Shown here in pieces: positions 19,594 through 28,060 of a DNA stretch of 51,401 nt (position 1 is the stretch's first letter; every line of letters begins with the position of its first letter). The notes beneath the pieces were generated by a model. That model ran no database searches. It was not told the DNA's origin and saw nothing but the letters and a program-made list of their open reading frames with translations. A program made the translations under genes and the position numbers. Source of the stretch: Candidatus Pacearchaeota archaeon (lineage in GTDB: Archaea; Nanobdellota; Nanobdellia; Pacearchaeales; GW2011-AR1); the NCBI GenBank assembly GCA_018303925.1, contig JAGVXF010000011.1, positions 10,563 through 61,963 on the forward strand. Direction: 5' to 3'.

Positions 19594-19884
19594 CTTGGAG
19601 TAGTCAGTTATTATTTCAAAATCTTTCACTCCAAATATTTTTTCGTACTCTTTACCAAACTTAAGAAGTTTTTCTTCAGGAATTTTTTTGTAGACAGTCA
19701 GCCTGTTTTTTAAATCAAAAAGGAACATTATTATTTCGCTCTTGTCATAAAAACTTAAGCCAAGATGATTGTGGTTGATTGAATAGATGTTTTTATAAAA
19801 ATGTTTTTTCATGAGTTTCAATTTTTCTTCAAGAAGGTTTTCCTTTTTATTCTCTTCTTCAGTGATATCAACTATTTTTACCAT
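19588..19884 (-). CDS. Hypothetical protein
   Basis: 98-aa ATG ORF; no motif. Confidence 0.55.
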   Translation of the reverse strand: MVKIVDITEEENKKENLLEEKLKLMKKHFYKNIYSINHNHLGLSFYDKSEIIMFLFDLKNRLTVYKKIPEEKLLKFGKEYEKIFGVKDFEIITDYSKL

Positions 19885-20106
19885 TTTAATTTTAAGTTTC
19901 CAAGATTAATAAGCACTTCTATTTTTGAGTGCAACATCAAAAGATGATTTTATAATTTCTTCGAGAGTTAAAATATCTTTAAAATAACTAAAGTCAACAC
20001 CTTTTATTATTTTCATAAATTAATTAAAAAAACCCTCTTTAAAAATAAATTCCTACTCAAAAATATATATCACAAAATTTAAAATCGACTTATCCCTTCT
20101 TTTCTT

Positions 20107-20382
20107 ATGAAAAAATCTGTGCGCCTTTACATTACCGGATTAGTCCAGGGAATCTTCTTTAGAGGATTTGTAAAAGAGAATGCCGAGAACCTAAACTTAA
20201 AGGGTTTTGTAAGAAATCTTGAAGACGGAAGAGTTGAAGTTTTTATAGAAGGAAACCCTGATGACGTAAGAAAAATGATTGAGATATGCAAAAAGGGCCC
20301 AAAGCATTCAGAAATAAAAAACGTTGAAGAAAAAGAGGAAAAATTCCAGGACTTTAAATCATTTAAGATTTTACATATATAA
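20107..20382 (+). CDS. acyP: Acylphosphatase
   Basis: GLVQGIFFR, GFVRNLEDGRVE, KGP. Confidence 0.95.
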   Translation: MKKSVRLYITGLVQGIFFRGFVKENAENLNLKGFVRNLEDGRVEVFIEGNPDDVRKMIEICKKGPKHSEIKNVEEKEEKFQDFKSFKILHI

Positions 20383-20386
20383 AAAA

Positions 20387-20620
20387 ATGGAAGACAAATC
20401 TCTTTATCATGGAAACTCTAAAATTGAAAAGAAGGAATATAACTTTTATGCAATAATTGGTGAAACAACTTATGGAGATTTTGAAGCCGATGTTAAGGCA
20501 GAGGATATTTTTAAAGCGACTATAAGTGCATTTGAAAAATACCAGGAACACAAATCAAAAGACCCTCAATGGAAGAAATCTCACGGCTCAGACATTTCAA
20601 TGAGGATATGGAGGATATAA
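20387..20620 (+). CDS. Hypothetical protein
   Basis: ATG 4 nt after the acyP stop; 77 aa. Confidence 0.55.
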   Translation: MEDKSLYHGNSKIEKKEYNFYAIIGETTYGDFEADVKAEDIFKATISAFEKYQEHKSKDPQWKKSHGSDISMRIWRI

Positions 20621-20660
20621 AGATAAATTTTTAATAAAAAATTATTTTTGCAAATTTGGA

Positions 20661-21119
20661 ATGAAAAAAAATTTTTTATACCATGGGAGTACAGCCCTAA
20701 TTGAAGACTATTTAGTTCCAAAAAAGGCAAATGATTCGAGGAATATTAAAGAAAATAATCTGACGGCCGTCTATGCCACGGACATAAAAGACCTTGCAAT
20801 TGTGATGGGATTTCTCAAATCTGTTAAACCCTTCAATCTTCTTACAAAATTGGTTTTAATTGAAATAGAGGAAGATTTGGTAATCCCTAAAGGAATAGTT
20901 TATGGCAAAGAATATACACTCAATGAAAAAATTTATCTTTATATCCTTCCAAGACAAAACTTTCTGAAATGCGTATCAACACCCTATCAATATGTTTCAG
21001 AAAAACTTATTAAACCTCTAGAAACAATAGAAATTTCTTTAAAAAACTATAAAAAATCCATAAGACCTGCGAACAAAGTCGAAAGATTTTTTCAATTTTT
21101 CAAAAATGATATACACTAA
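20661..21119 (+). CDS. Hypothetical protein, possible ADP-ribosyltransferase-like fold
   Basis: N-terminal LYHGS...L.P...N...VYAT...A pattern resembling Arr/PARP-type ART strands. Confidence 0.5.
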   Translation: MKKNFLYHGSTALIEDYLVPKKANDSRNIKENNLTAVYATDIKDLAIVMGFLKSVKPFNLLTKLVLIEIEEDLVIPKGIVYGKEYTLNEKIYLYILPRQNFLKCVSTPYQYVSEKLIKPLETIEISLKNYKKSIRPANKVERFFQFFKNDIH

Positions 21120-21522
21120 TTCAGACGGCGGAGCAAGAGGAAACCCCGGACCTTCTGCTATAGGAATAATTGTAAGAGATGGCGAAAAAATACTTGAAGA
21201 ACATGCGGAGGTTTTGAAAAAGCCGGTGACAAACAACATTGCTGAATATACTGCTCTTATAAAAGCTCTTGAAATTGCATCAAAACACACACAGGGCGAA
21301 ATAACTTCTATTCTTGACTCTGAACTTGTTGTAAAACAACTTTTAGGCGAATACAGCGTGAAAAATCCATACCTTATGAAATTATTTCTTGAAGTTCAGA
21401 AACTCCAGAACCACTTTGAAAAAATAACTTACAAACACGTCAAAAGAAGCGACAAATACCAAGAATACGCTGACTACCTCTTAAACAAAAAATTGGATGA
21501 AAAGTTCGGGAAGAAAAGATAA
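21106..21522 (+). CDS. rnhA: Ribonuclease HI (archaeal type)
   Basis: DGGARGNPGPS, TNNIAEY, DSELVVKQ, ADYL. Confidence 0.92.
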   Translation: MIYTNSDGGARGNPGPSAIGIIVRDGEKILEEHAEVLKKPVTNNIAEYTALIKALEIASKHTQGEITSILDSELVVKQLLGEYSVKNPYLMKLFLEVQKLQNHFEKITYKHVKRSDKYQEYADYLLNKKLDEKFGKKR

Positions 21523-21526
21523 AACA

Positions 21527-21696
21527 CCTGCCCATGCGCTTCGCTCCCGCTTTTTGGTTTATTGATGCGCTCCGCGCCAAACTCTGTTAAGGCGCTCCGC
21601 CAAAGATTATTAACACCAAAATGAAATTAAAAAAGTTTAAACTCCCCTAAATTTTCTTGTTGTAATAAAAGTTAGCAGGGCAAAAGCGAGCGAGGG
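21527..21696. repeat. GC-rich palindromic intergenic element (REP/MITE-like or structured RNA)
   Basis: GCGCTTCGC, GCGCTCCGCGC and GGCGCTCCGCC mini-palindromes; TCGCTCCCGCTTTTTG (21541-21556) near-complementary to CAAAAGCGAGCGA (21681-21693). Confidence 0.5.
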
Positions 21697-21748
21697 TAAA
21701 ATATCAATTAAGAAAACATTATTAAATTGCCTCTTCATAATATAAAAC

Positions 21749-23275
21749 ATGGGACGTGAGGAACAAATCATCGAAGAAAGGATAAAAAAAATTGAGGAAT
21801 TAAAAAAGGCAGGAATTAATCCATATCCTGACAGATTTTCCCTGCATGAAAAAAGAAACTGGTCTAAAGAGATAAAGGAAAATTATTCAAAATTAAAAGG
21901 TGAAGAAAAATCCAAATCAAGTAAAGTTGTTGCGGGAAGAGTCATGACTACAAGAGATTTTGGAAAGATTTCTTTTGTGACTTTGCAGGATCTTAAAGGA
22001 AATATTCAATTAGTTTTTCAGGACAAAGGAACACCAAAGAAAGCTCTTGAACTCTTCAAAAAAGTTGACTCTGGGGATATTGTTGGGGCACGAGGTAATC
22101 CCATGAAAACTAAAACGGGAGAAGTTTCACTTCTTGTAAAAGAACTTTATATTTTAACTAAGTCATTCCTTCCGCTACCGGACAAGCACAAAGGGATTCA
22201 GGATGAAGAGGAGCGCTTGAGAAAAAGATATTTAGACATAATAATGAACGAAGAGGTAAAAGAAATATTCATAAAAAAGCAAATTTTCTGGTCGGAAATT
22301 CGAAACTTCTTAACAAAAAAAGGATTTCTGGAAGTTGAAACCCCGGTACTTGAAAATTCTGCAGGGGGTGCAGCAGCAACTCCATTTAAAACTCATCACA
22401 ATGCGCTTGACCTTGATGTATATTTAAGAATTTCGATGGGGGAACTCTGGCAAAAAAAACTTCTTGTAGCCGGATACGAAAAAACTTTTGAAATTGGGCG
22501 CCAATTCAGAAATGAAGGAATGGATGCTGAACATCTGCAGGACTATACCCAAATGGAATTTTATTGGGGATATGCAAATTACGAAGACGGAATGAAACTT
22601 GTTGAAGAAATGTATAAAAATGTTGCAAAGGCCGTTTTAGGAACCTTAAAATTTGAAAGGGGAGGGTATAAAATTGACCTTTCAAAAAAATGGGCAAGGC
22701 ATGATTTTGAAAAAACCATTAAAGAAAAAACGGGGATTGACATTTACAAATCTGGAAAACCCAAAATTATGAAAAAACTAAAAGAATTGTCCCAAAGGGA
22801 TGACCCTAAAGGGCCTAAACTTGACTACGACCCCTCGCTTGAAAAGTGGAAACTTATTGACGCCCTGTGGAAGTATTGCCGAAGACAACTTTCGGGTCCC
22901 GGATTTTTAATAGGGCAACCTGTTGAACTTGCTCCTCTTGCAAAAAGAAATCCAAAAGACCCCCATAAAGTTGAGCAGTTTCAGATTATTATTGCAGGTA
23001 GTGAAGTTGGAAATGGCTACAGCGAATTAAACGACCCCGCCGACCAGGAAGCACGCTTTATTGAACAAAGAAAACTCGGGGAGAAAGGAGACAAAGACGC
23101 CATGGATCACGACAAGAGTTTTGTTGAAGCTTTAAAATACGGAATGCCCCCAGCCTGTGGCTTTGGAGTTTCAGAAAGATTATTTGCGTTTTTGATGAAC
23201 CGCCCTATCCGTGAATGTCAGGTTTTTCCTTTGATGCGACCCGAGGCGGAAGAAATGCTTGAGAAGAAAAAATAA
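21749..23275 (+). CDS. lysS: Lysine--tRNA ligase, class II
   Basis: OB-fold N-terminus, EVETP, GGAAATPFKTHHNAL, motif 2 FRNEG, NGYSELNDP, motif 3 YGMPPACGFG. Confidence 0.97.
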   Translation: MGREEQIIEERIKKIEELKKAGINPYPDRFSLHEKRNWSKEIKENYSKLKGEEKSKSSKVVAGRVMTTRDFGKISFVTLQDLKGNIQLVFQDKGTPKKALELFKKVDSGDIVGARGNPMKTKTGEVSLLVKELYILTKSFLPLPDKHKGIQDEEERLRKRYLDIIMNEEVKEIFIKKQIFWSEIRNFLTKKGFLEVETPVLENSAGGAAATPFKTHHNALDLDVYLRISMGELWQKKLLVAGYEKTFEIGRQFRNEGMDAEHLQDYTQMEFYWGYANYEDGMKLVEEMYKNVAKAVLGTLKFERGGYKIDLSKKWARHDFEKTIKEKTGIDIYKSGKPKIMKKLKELSQRDDPKGPKLDYDPSLEKWKLIDALWKYCRRQLSGPGFLIGQPVELAPLAKRNPKDPHKVEQFQIIIAGSEVGNGYSELNDPADQEARFIEQRKLGEKGDKDAMDHDKSFVEALKYGMPPACGFGVSERLFAFLMNRPIRECQVFPLMRPEAEEMLEKKK

Positions 23276-23282
23276 ATATTCC

Positions 23283-23594
23283 ATGAAATTAGAAAAATTT
23301 AAAGAAAAATTAAAAAGTTATTCAAAAGAAGATATAATCTTTACTAACCATGCAAAGTTGCAAGCAATTTTGAGAGATGTTTATTTGGAGGACGTCAAAA
23401 ATGATGTTATTAATCCGTTCAGACTTGTTTATATCCAAAAACAAGATGCAAAATTTAAGGGAGAGGAAAAATACGACTGCTATTTTGCTTATTCAAAACA
23501 TGCATGTAATCAATATGCCTTAACCATAAATGGGAAAGTTATTATAGTCACAATTATTAAGATAAATAGAGACTGGCAAAGAGCAATAGGCTAA
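23283..23594 (+). CDS. DUF4258-like (RelE-fold) putative toxin
   Basis: IFTNHA...R, terminal IIVT strand; directly upstream of a DUF2283-like gene. Confidence 0.6.
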   Translation: MKLEKFKEKLKSYSKEDIIFTNHAKLQAILRDVYLEDVKNDVINPFRLVYIQKQDAKFKGEEKYDCYFAYSKHACNQYALTINGKVIIVTIIKINRDWQRAIG

Positions 23595-23596
23595 AA

Positions 23597-23938
23597 ATGG
23601 AAACTTTTGATTTTGATTACGATTTAGATAATGATGATTTATTTATATACCTGGAAGGCAAAAAATCAGCAGGAGCGGTAGAAATGGGCAATTTTGTTTT
23701 AGATTTCGATAAAAAGGGAAATTTGGTTGCAATGCAAATTATTAATGTGTCTGATGTTCTTACTAAAATTCTCTCAAAAATAATAGAAATTTCCAAGATA
23801 AGGGAAATAAAAATGGATATTGTTAATTTTAGGAACATGGATGCGATAAAATTTAGTATTGATGATGGAAAATCTCTTGAGAGGGCAAATATCTTAATCC
23901 CTCACATAATGGAGAAAAGTCCCGTTTTAAAATATTAA
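23597..23938 (+). CDS. DUF2283-like putative antitoxin
   Basis: YDLDNDDLFI...VLDFDKKGNLVAMQI matches the DUF2283 pattern. Confidence 0.75.
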   Translation: METFDFDYDLDNDDLFIYLEGKKSAGAVEMGNFVLDFDKKGNLVAMQIINVSDVLTKILSKIIEISKIREIKMDIVNFRNMDAIKFSIDDGKSLERANILIPHIMEKSPVLKY

Positions 23939-23971
23939 TAAGTTAACACATAAATTCTTAAAAATATCCCC

Positions 23972-24406
23972 CTATTTTTCCCCCTTTGTCAAGTCCTTTG
24001 GAATCCTGTATTCCTCAAACTTAACCTTTTTCTTTTCAATCGCATTTTTCAAATTCTTTTCCTGAGAAGAGAGTTTGGAATCCCCGCTTTTTACTTCGAC
24101 GAACACAACTTCATCAATCTTTTTTTCATCCATTCCTTTGAAAACAATAAAGTCAGTCGGTTTTCCCAAAAACCTGCATTCGGTCGGGCTGTACGGAAAG
24201 TCCGGAAGGTAAGGGGCCAAGTTTTCGCTGAACTGACCTCCTAAAACTGCTCGGGATTTCATTATCGCCTCTTTTCTGTATTCAGGCAAAGACAATTCCC
24301 ATTCCCTGTGCTTTTTTCCCGCACCTACTTTTGAACCCATGTAATATGCAATCACAACGCCAATCAAAAGAATAACAAGAAAAATTATAGTTGTTGAGTC
24401 AATCAT
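23972..24406 (-). CDS. Membrane-anchored PD-(D/E)xK endonuclease related to archaeal Holliday junction resolvase (Endonuc_Holl)
   Basis: N-terminal TM; SRAVLGGQFSENLAP, RFLGKPTDFIVF, FVEVKSG. Confidence 0.88.
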   Translation of the reverse strand: MIDSTTIIFLVILLIGVVIAYYMGSKVGAGKKHREWELSLPEYRKEAIMKSRAVLGGQFSENLAPYLPDFPYSPTECRFLGKPTDFIVFKGMDEKKIDEVVFVEVKSGDSKLSSQEKNLKNAIEKKKVKFEEYRIPKDLTKGEK

Positions 24407-24440
24407 GATTGGTTAAAGAAGGGGGAGTTTTTATGAGTTT

Positions 24441-24690
24441 CTAATCATAAATATTTTTTCTGTGCCCAATTTTTTCAACAAACAAAACTTTGGTTTCCTC
24501 TTCAACATCAATTATTATTCTGTAATTCCCAACTCTTAATTTATTAACCGTCAATCTGCGTTAAATGTTTTAAATATCTGAAAGGATCAATTTTACACTC
24601 CTGCAATTTATCCCAAATTCTTTCTTTAATATTATTCTCCAGTTTATTGAGAAAATCTAGCGCTTTTTTATCAAACCGGATTTCATACAT
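24441..24690 (-). pseudogene. RelE/ParE-family toxin disrupted by a 1-nt insertion
   Basis: MYEIRFDKKA...DPFRYLKHLTQIDG stops at 24544; the shifted frame continues KLRVGNYRIIIDVEEETKVLFVEKIGHRKNIYD* (RelE signature). Confidence 0.85.
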
Positions 24691-24691
24691 C

Positions 24692-24934
24692 CTACAACCC
24701 GAGGATTTTTTTTGCCTCTTCTTCAGTATAAAATTCTCCTTTCTTAATTCTTTCTCTTGATTCTTTGATTTCCTTGATTGCTTTTTGGGATAATTTAGGT
24801 TCATCTTCGCACATCTTTGCAATGTAAATTAATTTTCTTATTAACTCGTTGTAGCTTTCATTTTTGTATTGCTTAAAGAGGTCAAGTTCTTTTTTTGTAT
24901 TGGTATTTAACCTTATTGTTGTCTCGTTTTCCAT
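24692..24934 (-). CDS. RHH-type antitoxin cognate to the RelE pseudogene
   Basis: TTIRL..TKKEL...ESYNELIRKL; C-terminal GEFYTEEEAKKILGL; immediately upstream of the toxin. Confidence 0.8.
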   Translation of the reverse strand: MENETTIRLNTNTKKELDLFKQYKNESYNELIRKLIYIAKMCEDEPKLSQKAIKEIKESRERIKKGEFYTEEEAKKILGL

Positions 24935-25034
24935 TGTCAAATTATCAATATCTATACCTTTGTATATAACTGTATACTTTTTAAATATTTCTATTTCCCA
25001 AAACTAATTTAAGCAAAGGTTCATTAAAACAATA

Positions 25035-25280
25035 ATGAAAAAGAAGTGGCACGTTTATATTCTTGAGTGCATGGATGGTTCATTTTATACAGGAATCACA
25101 AATGACATTAATTCGCGAATGAAAGCGCATGCAACAGGAAAGGGAAGTAAATATGTTTACAAAAAAGGTTTCAAAAGAATTCTTAAGGCAAAAGGGTGCA
25201 CGGACAAATCTGAAGCATGCAAATGTGAATATGAGATAAAACGCCTCCCACGAAGTGAGAAACTGGGATGGTTTAGTTAA
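25035..25280 (+). CDS. GIY-YIG nuclease (UPF0213-like)
   Basis: VYILECMDGSFYTGIT, H..GKGSKY, EYEIK. Confidence 0.9.
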   Translation: MKKKWHVYILECMDGSFYTGITNDINSRMKAHATGKGSKYVYKKGFKRILKAKGCTDKSEACKCEYEIKRLPRSEKLGWFS

Positions 25281-25340
25281 ATTTTATAAAAAATAATTTA
25301 GCCCCATAATTTATTTAAAACTGATTTATTTATCCCTTCT

Positions 25341-25928
25341 ATGTCTAATTTACCAATAACCCGCGCTCAAGCCATTGGAATCCTGAAATCCCAAAACCCT
25401 GAAGAGTTTGACTTAATTCATTACCTTATGTCTGAAGCCGTCATGAGGGAAGTTGCTCTTAAACTCGGTGAAGACCCTGATTATTACGGAATGCTTGGGC
25501 TCCTTCATGATGTTGACTGGACTCTTACAAAAAACGATGTTTCGTCCCACCTTACTAAAGCCCCTGAAATTTTGCGTGGGGCTGACTTTAATGAAGAGTT
25601 TATAGAAAATGTCCTTTCGCATGGATATGGATTTCCTGAATTGCCCGAGTTAAAAAATAAAGTGAGAAATAAAAAAATAGAATGGGTGCTTGCCTCTTCT
25701 GAAACTTTAACAGGATTAGTTTATGCTTATGCCCTAATGAGAGAAAAAAAGATAACGGACATGGAAGTTAAAGGATTGAAAAAAAAGTTCAGGGACAAAA
25801 CATTTGCCGCAGGATGCCGGAGAGAGATAATTGCAGAAATTGAAAAAGCGGGCCTCACACTTGATGAACTTTTTTTATGTTCTATTGAAGGAATTAAAAA
25901 AATAAAGGATGAAATTGGATTAGCGTAG
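25341..25928 (+). CDS. HD/HDIG-domain metal-dependent hydrolase
   Basis: H...SEAVM, GLLHDVD, LTGLVYA, KKFRDKTFAAG. Confidence 0.88.
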   Translation: MSNLPITRAQAIGILKSQNPEEFDLIHYLMSEAVMREVALKLGEDPDYYGMLGLLHDVDWTLTKNDVSSHLTKAPEILRGADFNEEFIENVLSHGYGFPELPELKNKVRNKKIEWVLASSETLTGLVYAYALMREKKITDMEVKGLKKKFRDKTFAAGCRREIIAEIEKAGLTLDELFLCSIEGIKKIKDEIGLA

Positions 25929-26016
25929 AATAAGCCACCCAAAAATTTAAACTTTGTTTATGGGTATTCAATAGTTCTCCCAAAAATTTAATAAACATCT
26001 CTTTCCTAATTTTTTT

Positions 26017-26205
26017 ATGGGATTGGTTGTAAAATCAAATATAAAAGAGGCAGTAAAAAATCTTCAAAAAGAAAATGAAGAAGTGACTTCTGTTGCCGAG
26101 GAAATCGGAACTGCTCTTGAAATAAAAGTTGAGGAAATGCTGGGCAATGCAATAAAACGGGCAAAAGCAAACGGAAGGCGAACCCTTCAGGCTCGTGATC
26201 TGTAA
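26017..26205 (+). CDS. Histone-fold protein
   Basis: LVVKSNIKE...A.KRAKANGRRTLQARDL (alpha2-L2-alpha3 histone signature). Confidence 0.85.
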   Translation: MGLVVKSNIKEAVKNLQKENEEVTSVAEEIGTALEIKVEEMLGNAIKRAKANGRRTLQARDL

Positions 26206-26222
26206 TTAACAAAAAATTAAAA

Positions 26223-26387
26223 ATGGCAAAATCAAAATTTCCAATTCTTGCATTTATCCTTTTAGTTTACTCGATTTTTTGGTTCTTAAACGAGCTCAAA
26301 ATTCTCATGATTGACATTCCATGGATTCCCGTGGTCTTGATAATTATTTCAATAGGGCTTATTTTCAATAGATTTAGTAATAAATAG
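26223..26387 (+). CDS. Small two-TM membrane protein
   Basis: Manual translation MAKSKFPILAFILLVYSIFWFLNELKILMIDIPWIPVVLIIISIGLIFNRFSNK; below the ORF-track cutoff. Confidence 0.65.
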   Translation: MAKSKFPILAFILLVYSIFWFLNELKILMIDIPWIPVVLIIISIGLIFNRFSNK

Positions 26388-26464
26388 TTCAAAATATATT
26401 TTAAAGAGAACGCCTTCTTTTTGGCAGGGAAATAATTTTTAACCTGCAACCCCTTTGTTATTTT

Positions 26465-26995
26465 ATGAAAAAGATAAAAAAAGAAGGAATTGAACTTATA
26501 AAAAAAGCCAACAGCCCTGAATATGAAATTTCCTGGGAAAATGGAATTCCAAAACCGAAGAAAAAAATCCAGATAAAAAAAGGACGAACATCACGGGCAA
26601 AAGGAGCAAGATTTGAATTAAAAGTAAGGCGGGATTTGGAAGAAAAAGGCAGGATAATCAGTAAATGGGGAAACAATGTTGACCTTGATGAAAGAAGATT
26701 AATAATTGCAAAAAGGAAGTTTAATCCTTTTACAAAATTCATGACAATTGGAACCGGATTTCCTGACTTTGTCTCGATTGCACATATTCACGACGGATTT
26801 TATAGTGTAATTGGTGTTGAAGTCAAAATTAACGGAATACTTTCAAAAGAAGAAAAAGAAAAATGCAAATGGTATTTAGAAAAAGAAATTTTTTCTGACA
26901 TTTGGATTGCAAAGGCAAAAAAGAATGGGAAAAAAACGGAAATTGAGTATATTGATTTCAAAGAGAAGTATATGAAAGAGACTAATAAACCTTAA
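26465..26995 (+). CDS. Hjc-like PD-(D/E)xK nuclease / Holliday junction resolvase
   Basis: KGARFELKVRRDLEEKG, GFPDF, GVEVK. Confidence 0.75.
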   Translation: MKKIKKEGIELIKKANSPEYEISWENGIPKPKKKIQIKKGRTSRAKGARFELKVRRDLEEKGRIISKWGNNVDLDERRLIIAKRKFNPFTKFMTIGTGFPDFVSIAHIHDGFYSVIGVEVKINGILSKEEKEKCKWYLEKEIFSDIWIAKAKKNGKKTEIEYIDFKEKYMKETNKP

Positions 26996-27019
26996 AAGTT
27001 TTCATTTTCTAAAAATTCA

Positions 27020-27565
27020 ATGAAAAGAATAGTTTTAATCCTGCTTTTCTTAGTTTTTGTGAATTTTACCTACGCTTCATGCGAGAGCGGACAAATTAAT
27101 ATAAACAGCGCATCAATTGAAGAACTTGATAAACTTGATGGGATTGGTCCTGTAAAAGCACAGGCTATAATTGATGCAAGGCCGTTTGATTCTATTGATG
27201 AAATTATAGATGTCAATGGAATCGGGGAAGTAACACTGCAAAAAATAAAAGACCAGGGGCTTGCATGTGTAAACAATGAAGGGAAAGAAGAAGATTCAAA
27301 AGATAATGATAAAAACAATAAAAACGATGATAACAGAACATATTACAACTTTACTCTTCTTAATGACCCTGTTAAAAATATAACTTACATTGAGGAAAAC
27401 AAAACTCCTATTTATTTGACTCCAAAAAGTATAAAAACCTACGACTCCCAGGAAGAAAAAGGAAGCGCAGATTACATAAAATACTTTTTGATTGCGTTTT
27501 GTGTTTTTCTCGGACTCCTTTACCTAATAAAGCCTAAAAAAAAGAAAAATGAGTTTCAAAATTGA
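27020..27565 (+). CDS. ComEA-like helix-hairpin-helix DNA-binding surface protein
   Basis: Signal peptide; ININSASIEELDKLDGIGPVKAQAII...RPF...VNGIGEVTL; C-terminal TM plus KKKK. Confidence 0.88.
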   Translation: MKRIVLILLFLVFVNFTYASCESGQININSASIEELDKLDGIGPVKAQAIIDARPFDSIDEIIDVNGIGEVTLQKIKDQGLACVNNEGKEEDSKDNDKNNKNDDNRTYYNFTLLNDPVKNITYIEENKTPIYLTPKSIKTYDSQEEKGSADYIKYFLIAFCVFLGLLYLIKPKKKKNEFQN

Positions 27566-28058
27566 AAAAATTACGGCACTGATGATTATAGAAGTTCTTG
27601 GAAGGCCTGAGAGTTACTTAAAAGAAACACTTGAGAGCCTTATTAAGCAAATAAACGAGGAAAAAGGAGTGAAATTAAATACTAAAAAAATTAATGAACC
27701 TCATCATGTAAAAGAAGAAAAAGATTTGTTTACTTCATTTGCTGAAATTGAAGTTGAAGTTGAAAGCCCCGCAATTCTCCCTGTTCTTGTATTCAAATAT
27801 ATGCCATCCCATATAGAAGTTATAGAACCCGAAAACTTTATTTTCAAAAATCTTGATTTTGGTGAAATGTTAAATGAGATCACAAGGAGACTTCATAAAT
27901 ATGAAGAACTCGTGAGAATTATGCAGATTCAAATGCAAAAGCAAGACAAAGCCGATCCCCAAAGTACCTCCATTGAAAAAAATGCTGAACAACCTGAAAA
28001 TAAAAAAGAGAATTCAAAAAAAAATAAGGAAAAAACTCCAAAGAAAAGCAAAAAATAG
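27549..28058 (+). CDS. Hypothetical protein
   Basis: 169-aa ORF overlapping the ComEA-like gene end; globular core plus Lys-rich tail. Confidence 0.7.
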   Translation: MSFKIEKITALMIIEVLGRPESYLKETLESLIKQINEEKGVKLNTKKINEPHHVKEEKDLFTSFAEIEVEVESPAILPVLVFKYMPSHIEVIEPENFIFKNLDFGEMLNEITRRLHKYEELVRIMQIQMQKQDKADPQSTSIEKNAEQPENKKENSKKNKEKTPKKSKK

Positions 28059-28060
28059 TT

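Noticed and set aside
19906-20016. 36-codon minus-strand ORF MKIIKGVDFSYFKD...
   Set aside because: Too short, with no motif; cannot be distinguished from chance or a remnant.
24544-24822. 92-aa ORF as a complete gene
   Set aside because: Its first half is an off-frame read of the antitoxin; the real start is ATG 24690 of the frameshifted RelE.
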